Positions 55,689 through 60,184 of a stretch of DNA of 60,184 bases are shown one piece after another (positions within the stretch are counted from its first letter, which is position 1; each line of letters opens with the position of its first letter). The position numbers and the translations under genes are program-made. The DNA is from Bacteroidales bacterium (GTDB taxonomy: Bacteria; Bacteroidota; Bacteroidia; Bacteroidales; VadinHA17): contig JAHYJA010000001.1 in NCBI GenBank assembly GCA_019429325.1, positions 1 to 60,184 of the forward strand, in the 5' to 3' direction. The notes under the pieces were generated by a model that was given only the letters and a program-made list of their open reading frames with translations, searched no databases and was not told where the DNA came from.

Positions 55689-55736
55689 CATCGAACCATC
55701 GAACCATCGAACCGTCGAACCATAGTACCGTCGAAC
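55689..55736. repeat. Octamer tandem array (CATCGAAC) x6
   Basis: Three perfect copies, then ccgtcgaa c-catagtac-cgtcgaac variants. It directly abuts the heptamer array. Confidence 0.9.
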
Positions 55737-55744
55737 GACTAACG

Positions 55745-56299
55745 CTAAAGCCTGAATTTCCCCAGCGGTTTATAAAGCGGCCCCGTTGGCATCAATATGC
55801 TCTCATAAAGGATAACCTCATTAACATCCACCCTCTGGATCGCTTTCTCGGAGTAACTGGCAATCAGCACTTTGAGGTTCTCTGTTTCTCTCAGCGATTT
55901 TATCCGTCCGATCGTAATATGAGGCCTGAACACGCGCTCCTCAAGCCGGAACCCGTTCTCCTTCAGACCCTCAGCTATCTGCTCATTCAACTTATTCAGC
56001 TTATCAGATGACTCTATCCCTATCCAGATTACCCGGGCGTCCCGCAAACTCCTGAAGACGCCTGTCCCCTTAAGCTGAAAGCTGAATTCCCCGAAATCCC
56101 GGCATCTTTCCTTCAGCATACCGGACAGAGACTTGATTTTTCCTTCTTCAGTGTCTCCGAGGAAAGCGAGTGTCAGATGGATATTTGCCGGATCTGCCCA
56201 TTTGATCCTTTCCGCTGCCAGTACAGATTTGAATGTTGCCAGAGTTTTCTGCAGTTCGGGGCCAGCTTCAGCCTTAACAGCTATAAAAATCCGTTTCAC
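55745..56299 (-). CDS. thpR: RNA 2',3'-cyclic phosphodiesterase (2H family, LigT/ThpR)
   Basis: Two HxT motifs (HLTLAFLG and HITIGR) at the expected spacing. 184 aa. Confidence 0.85.
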   Translation of the reverse strand: MKRIFIAVKAEAGPELQKTLATFKSVLAAERIKWADPANIHLTLAFLGDTEEGKIKSLSGMLKERCRDFGEFSFQLKGTGVFRSLRDARVIWIGIESSDKLNKLNEQIAEGLKENGFRLEERVFRPHITIGRIKSLRETENLKVLIASYSEKAIQRVDVNEVILYESILMPTGPLYKPLGKFRL

Positions 56300-56910
56300 A
56301 ACCTACCGGATTCTATTTCAGTGACTATCAACTCAATAAGCAGATCATTTCCAAACGGATCGTAGCTGTCTTTGAGATTGGTGCCGAAAATCCTGGCGAC
56401 AGCCTGCCAGAATGTTGCAGAAAAGGTTCCCCTGTACTGTCTTATCAGTTCATAGGATGTGTTCTGTGTTTCCCTGTCAATAAGCTTTATCAGCAGTCTC
56501 CCCTGCGTTATTGTCATTTCACGGATATCATCCTCATATTCTGCAAAAACCTCCTTCTCGATGTCCCTGAGATATCTTCTCCTGCTCACATCTTCAGGGA
56601 TCTTTTCAAGATGGGCATTAACGTCCCCCAGCTTTGCCCTTACGATAATCGCATAAGGATATACCTTTTTCAGGTTATAAACGAGCCGCTGGTACCTCCA
56701 GAATGCAAACCTGCCCGTGGACTCTGAGCGCCCCATAATCGTTACCTCCTTTATTGCAATTTCTGGCAGGACCTCACCATCTCTTTCAACCTTGTTAAGT
56801 ACGTAGCCACGGCCCGGAAGAGAATCGGTTCCCTGCCGCAGAGTATCATTCTGTCCGGAAGCGGCAACAGTTGCAAGGAGAAATAATACTATTGAAATAA
56901 TGAGCCTCAC
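56296..56910 (-). CDS. DUF4294-like secreted protein
   Basis: It has a signal peptide. The size (204 aa) and a conserved-looking central region (YPYAIIV, LIKLIDRETQNTSYELI) match my recollection of DUF4294. It overlaps thpR by 4 nt. GTG start. Confidence 0.5.
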   Translation of the reverse strand: MRLIISIVLFLLATVAASGQNDTLRQGTDSLPGRGYVLNKVERDGEVLPEIAIKEVTIMGRSESTGRFAFWRYQRLVYNLKKVYPYAIIVRAKLGDVNAHLEKIPEDVSRRRYLRDIEKEVFAEYEDDIREMTITQGRLLIKLIDRETQNTSYELIRQYRGTFSATFWQAVARIFGTNLKDSYDPFGNDLLIELIVTEIESGRL

Positions 56911-56928
56911 TGATTAAACAGGTTTTTA

Positions 56929-56936
56929 CAAAGGTA
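56929..56936 (-). promoter_or_regulatory. Bacteroidota -7 promoter box
   Basis: CAAAGGTA lies 19 nt upstream of the start at 56910. Confidence 0.45.
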
Positions 56937-57009
56937 TCAAATAACAGGCCATTTAAAATAACCGGAAACCATCCGTAAAATTGTCCGGATATAATCGCTT
57001 TCTCCACTC

Positions 57010-57041
57010 CCGTCTTCGGTCTTACTTGGCTCAGTGCACAG
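57010..57041. repeat. 32-nt anchor word shared with 59689-59720 (29/32 identical)
   Basis: ccgtcttcggtcttacttggctcagtgcacag vs ccgtcttccgtctttcttggctcagagcacag. Confidence 0.9.
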
Positions 57042-57070
57042 TGCAGAGGGGCAGAATATCTTAAAATACC

Positions 57071-57098
57071 GATTACTGATTACTGATTACTGATTACC
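57071..57098. repeat. Heptamer tandem array (GATTACT) x4
   Basis: Three perfect copies plus GATTACC. It is followed by ATTACCAACT, which recurs at 59419-59428. Confidence 0.95.
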
Positions 57099-57102
57099 AA
57101 CT

Positions 57103-57188
57103 ATCTCCTGCTTCCGCTTTCGGTTTTCGTTCTCTCTTGTCTCCCCCTCTCCCCCTCTCCTCTTCTCCCCTTCTTTCCTCCCGTCTCC
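57103..57188 (+). repeat. Polypyrimidine (CT-rich) tract
   Basis: About 90% C/T over 86 nt, with an uninterrupted 43-nt pyrimidine run at 57140-57182. It contains GTCTCCCCCTCTCC (57139-57152), identical to 59543-59556. Confidence 0.9.
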
Positions 57189-57241
57189 AAATTTTTCGTA
57201 TCTTGTTCTGGCATGCCCATTTGGGATAATAATAAGGTCTT

Positions 57242-59419
57242 ATGAAATTTCCGGACTTTGCCAGGGCAGATAAATGGATGACGAAAATCCTGAGTTACCC
57301 GGGCATTGATGAAAAAACACTCAGCCAGAAGAAGATCAACTGGATGGCAAGCCTTGCCGTCACTTCAATGATACTGTGCCTTACAATTGTATACCATATC
57401 ATCTTTCCCCACTTGCGAATTCTGATCTGGTACGGTTTATTTCTTACTATTGTCTTTTCCCAGGGGATCATATATCCTGTAATATTCCGCCGTACGGGGA
57501 TTTGGATTTTAATCGTTGATCAGGTACTGGTAGCTGTCGCCACATTCATTGTTATACTCAAACTCGGAGGGATACCCTATTCAGGAGGACTTGTAATGGT
57601 TGGTATTGCCCTGGTCTTTTTTTCTCTCAATTTCAGGAAAAAGAGCCATTCGATCTGGATCTATCTTATTTACGTTATCACAGTGATCCTTGCGGGTATC
57701 CTCCATCCATATCTTACGATACCTCCGGAAATGACTTCTGAGGTCAACATCTCCCTCTTCGTTATTAACATCCTTTGGATATCGGGTTTTGCCATGATCT
57801 TTGTGCTCAGCTTCATTTCCCAGCGCGTGAAGCTTGAGCAGGCGGAAACAAGGCGGGTGAAGGAACTGGAAGAGGCAAAGTCGAGGCTTTATACCAATAT
57901 TACACACGAATTTCGTACTCCCCTTACCATAATCTCCGGCATGACGGACCTCATCCGGAATGAGCCTGAGCGATGGGTCGACGAAGGCACCGAAAAAATC
58001 GACCGGAACGTTCATGTTCTTCAAAACCTTGTCAATCAAATGCTTGATCTGGCGAAGCTTGAGGCCGGGGCTATGACTGTTAATATGATCAGGGCTGATG
58101 TTTACCTCTATATCAGTTACTTGGTTGAACTGTTCCGGTCGTTGGCTGATGAAAGGAATATTGAGCTCCGGTTCACCCCCCATGATGCCCCGCTTATTAT
58201 CGACCACGATCCGGACAAGCTTATGCAGATCCTGTCAAATCTGATTTCTAATTCCTTGAAATTCACCCCGGAAGACGGTACTGTTAAGGTAAGCACATCC
58301 TTGACAAGCAGCGGAGATTATCAGATAAGCGTAAGTGATAATGGTCCCGGAATACCTGAAGAGAAGCTCCCTTTTGTGTTTGACCGTTTCTACAGGACGA
58401 ATGAAAAAACTGATGGATCAGTACCCGGATCTGGCTTGGGGCTGGCACTGGTTAGAGAAATGGTAAAGCTTCTTAGAGGAACAATCGAAGTGAGGAGTAT
58501 ATTTGGAAAGGGAACTGAATTCATCATCTCCCTCCCTGTAACATATGAGGCACCCCTTCAGGAGAAACAACAATTAAACGGTCTTGAAGTGAAGGTTTCA
58601 ACGGATAAAATTAAGTTTAATCATGATGACAGAGCTCCCGGCTCCTCTTATGAATCCGATGCCGGCCATGAAAAACCCTTGCTCCTGATTACAGAAGATA
58701 ACGATGATGTTGTTCAGTACCTCAGGACTATTCTGGAGGATGAGTATGTAGTAATGACTGCCGCCGACGGAAGGGAGGGAGTCAGCATAGCGCTTGAATA
58801 TGTTCCAGACATTATCCTAAGTGATATAATGATGCCGTTGATGGATGGCATTGAGATGCTCAGCATCATAAAGGAGGATATGCGTACAAGCCATATCCCT
58901 GTGGTAATGCTGACTGCAAAGGCAGATATTGATTCGCGGATCGAAGGACTTGAAAGGGGTGCTGATGCATATATTGCCAAACCCTTTAACAGGGATGAAC
59001 TGCTGGTACAGTTGAAGTCACTGACGGAATCACGGAAGAAACTCAGGCAGAGGTATGCGGCAACAAGTCCCCCGGTCCTGTCTGAAGAGAGTGATTTTGC
59101 TATTGAGGATGCATTTATTAAAAGGGCACGTGAGGTTATGACAGCTAATCTGGGTAATGAAACGTATGATATCCAGAGTCTCTGCGGTGAAGTGGCGATG
59201 AGCCGCACACAACTCTATCGGAAGTTCGGGTCCCTGACCGGCACAACCCCGAACCAGTATTTTCTTTCCATGCGACTTCATGAAGCCAGGAAGATTCTCG
59301 GCCTGCCCGACGTCACCGTTGCCGAAGCAGCTTACAAAACAGGTTTTAAAAACATCTCCCATTTCAGCCAGGCCTTCTCTCGCGAGTTCGGCACTCCTCC
59401 GAGGGAGGTCCGTAAATAA
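57242..59419 (+). CDS. Hybrid sensor histidine kinase / response regulator with C-terminal AraC-type HTH
   Basis: N-terminal ~6-7 TM helices, H-box ITHEFRTPLTII, DNGPGIP, GSGLGLAL, a REC domain (LLLITEDNDD...SDIMMPLMDG...LTAK) and an AraC HTH (FKNISHFSQAFSREFGTPP). Confidence 0.9.
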   Translation: MKFPDFARADKWMTKILSYPGIDEKTLSQKKINWMASLAVTSMILCLTIVYHIIFPHLRILIWYGLFLTIVFSQGIIYPVIFRRTGIWILIVDQVLVAVATFIVILKLGGIPYSGGLVMVGIALVFFSLNFRKKSHSIWIYLIYVITVILAGILHPYLTIPPEMTSEVNISLFVINILWISGFAMIFVLSFISQRVKLEQAETRRVKELEEAKSRLYTNITHEFRTPLTIISGMTDLIRNEPERWVDEGTEKIDRNVHVLQNLVNQMLDLAKLEAGAMTVNMIRADVYLYISYLVELFRSLADERNIELRFTPHDAPLIIDHDPDKLMQILSNLISNSLKFTPEDGTVKVSTSLTSSGDYQISVSDNGPGIPEEKLPFVFDRFYRTNEKTDGSVPGSGLGLALVREMVKLLRGTIEVRSIFGKGTEFIISLPVTYEAPLQEKQQLNGLEVKVSTDKIKFNHDDRAPGSSYESDAGHEKPLLLITEDNDDVVQYLRTILEDEYVVMTAADGREGVSIALEYVPDIILSDIMMPLMDGIEMLSIIKEDMRTSHIPVVMLTAKADIDSRIEGLERGADAYIAKPFNRDELLVQLKSLTESRKKLRQRYAATSPPVLSEESDFAIEDAFIKRAREVMTANLGNETYDIQSLCGEVAMSRTQLYRKFGSLTGTTPNQYFLSMRLHEARKILGLPDVTVAEAAYKTGFKNISHFSQAFSREFGTPPREVRK

Positions 59420-59453
59420 TTACCAACTGCTCTCTATGGCTCAGGGCAAGACT

Positions 59454-59504
59454 GTCGTGCAGGTCGTGCAGGTCATGCAGGTCATGCAAGTCGTGCAAGT
59501 CTGA
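59454..59504. repeat. Nonamer tandem array (GTCGTGCAG) x ~5.6
   Basis: gtcgtgcag gtcgtgcag gtcatgcag gtcatgcaa gtcgtgcaa gtctga. Confidence 0.95.
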
Positions 59505-59566
59505 AGAAACTTCTTAATTATGCCCTTGGTATTCGACCTCCTGTCTCCCCCTCTCCATTTTGGTTT

Positions 59567-59648
59567 GATTTTTGAATTGTGATTTTTGAATTGTGATTTT
59601 TGATTTTAAATCACAAATCCAGACTCACGAATCACAAATCACAAATCA
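59567..59648. repeat. Imperfect long inverted repeat built from tandem units (GATTTTTGAATTGT x2.6 facing TCACAAA-type heptamers)
   Basis: The left arm (59567-59603) contains TTGTGAT words. The right arm (59611-59648) contains their complement, TCACAAA. The centre is tttaaa. Confidence 0.85.
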
Positions 59649-59650
59649 AT

Positions 59651-59699
59651 CTTCCTCCTTCGGTCTTCCGTCTTCGGTCTTCCGTCTTCCGTCTTCCGT
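59651..59699. repeat. Heptamer tandem array (CTTCSGT) x7
   Basis: cttcctc cttcggt cttccgt cttcggt cttccgt cttccgt cttccgt. This is the same unit as at 3471-3503. Confidence 0.95.
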
Positions 59700-59795
59700 C
59701 TTTCTTGGCTCAGAGCACAGGCTTTGCCAGCCATAGCTGGACGAAGGACAGCGACGGCTGGGCTCAGAGCTTAGGGCAAGAGAGTAATTCTGTTT

Positions 59796-59890
59796 GCCAA
59801 CTGCCAACTGCTTTGTCAGCCGTAGCTTCAGCGAAGGCTGGCCAACTGCTTTGTCAGCCGTAGCTTCAGCGAAGGCTGGCCAACTGCTTT
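59796..59890. repeat. 38-nt perfect tandem duplication (x2.3), each unit carrying a hairpin
   Basis: gccaactgctttgtcagccgtagcttcagcgaaggctg occurs at 59803-59840 and 59841-59878, with partial copies on both sides. The stem is CAGCC-N14-GGCTG. Confidence 0.95.
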
Positions 59891-59907
59891 CCGTCTTCCG
59901 TCTTCCA
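59888..59907. repeat. Short CTTCCGT array (x ~2.7)
   Basis: tttccgt cttccgt cttcca closes the repeat-rich spacer. Confidence 0.8.
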
Positions 59908-60002
59908 ATTGGTACTTAGACTAAAGAATTTGGGACGCAGAATAAAATGACTCTGGTGCTAATTGAATAATTTGTGTCTGAATTTCAACTAAAACCAGGA
60001 TC

Positions 60003-60184
60003 ATGAAAGTACATCTCAGAATTTTCGTAATAACTTTTCTTATGGCAGGCTCTGCCCTCTGGCTCAGCTCCTGCAAAAAGGACCCTGTTCCGCCTTCCGT
60101 AACCACGGCGGGCGTGTCAGCAATAACCCTTACAACAGCAACTTCCGGGGGTAACGTCACCGCCGACGGTGGTGCCGAAGTCAC
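60003..60184 (+). CDS. Lipoprotein, 5' partial (runs off the window)
   Basis: ATG at 60003. It translates to MKVHLRIFVITFLMAGSALWLSSCKKDPVPPSVTTAGVSAITLTTATSGGNVTADGGAEV. The lipobox is LSSC, followed by a Thr/Ala/Gly-rich surface-protein-type domain. Confidence 0.65.
   Translation, partial: MKVHLRIFVITFLMAGSALWLSSCKKDPVPPSVTTAGVSAITLTTATSGGNVTADGGAEV

Noticed and set aside
55562-55723. 54-codon N-terminal extension of pcm in the ORF track.
   Set aside because: It reads through the CATCGAAC and TTGTGAT arrays. The conserved Pcm sequence starts at MTDNFE (55561), which is preceded by a -7 box.
1477-58207. Numerous long antisense or overlapping ORFs in the track (e.g. 1477..1851, 21879..22505, 40772..41269, 41742..42407, 57581..58207, 58714..59208).
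   Set aside because: Each lies entirely within a gene on the other strand or frame that has clear family motifs. They have no independent motifs or expression signals.
59280-59863. ORFs 59280..59504 (…VVQVVQVMQVMQVVQV) and 59600..59863.
   Set aside because: Both are translations of the nonamer array and the CTTCSGT/hairpin region. The first overlaps the kinase 3' end out of frame.
45256-59907. The possibility that the tandem arrays are CRISPR arrays.
   Set aside because: Units are 7-38 nt and directly abutting, with no unique spacers. There are no cas genes in the window.
59921-60184. 87-aa minus-strand ORF at the window end.
   Set aside because: The plus strand encodes a convincing lipoprotein N-terminus (signal peptide plus lipobox) from 60003. 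The minus ORF is its antisense shadow.

Overview
This window is about 60 kb of core chromosome, almost certainly from a Bacteroidota genome or MAG. The taxonomic call rests on a T9SS C-terminal sorting domain, a GldB-like lipoprotein, DUF1573/DUF4294/DUF5686-type proteins, a MurF-Alr fusion and many TAnnTTTG -7 promoter boxes. About 50 genes are densely packed and mostly housekeeping: lpdA, znuABC, nadE, murF-alr, tdk, rsmI, dnaB, ispE, tgt, rsmG, rpmH, rluD, ddl, gcvP, pcm and thpR. There are also two ECF sigma factors, two two-component systems and several envelope proteins. I see no transposase, integrase, CRISPR array, tRNA/rRNA or recognisable defence system. Two real genes fall below the ORF-track cutoff: a 55-aa 2x[4Fe-4S] ferredoxin and ribosomal protein L34. 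The most unusual content is non-coding. At least eight intergenic spacers carry mosaics of short tandem arrays (7-, 8-, 9-, 11-, 14-, 16- and 38-nt units) and GC-rich hairpins. These spacers share word families with each other (CTTCSGT, TTGTGAK, a 32-nt anchor, GTCTCCCCCTCTCC, GCGAAGGCTGGC, CTTTGCCAGCC). Seven of the eight abut a gene 3' end, and in three cases the array supplies the last codons and the stop codon of the gene (rluD, ddl, rsmG). I read this as a dispersed, non-autonomous modular repeat system of unknown function. Secondary observations are listed below:
- A tandem M14 peptidase pair next to znuABC, whose first copy has lost its catalytic and zinc-binding residues.
- 11-bp-phased direct repeats between a divergent OmpR-type two-component operon and a secreted protein gene.
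- An Omp85-like protein with a TolB-type propeller.
- An anti-sigma-like protein fused to a beta-barrel domain.
All product calls come from motif recognition by eye; no database search was possible.
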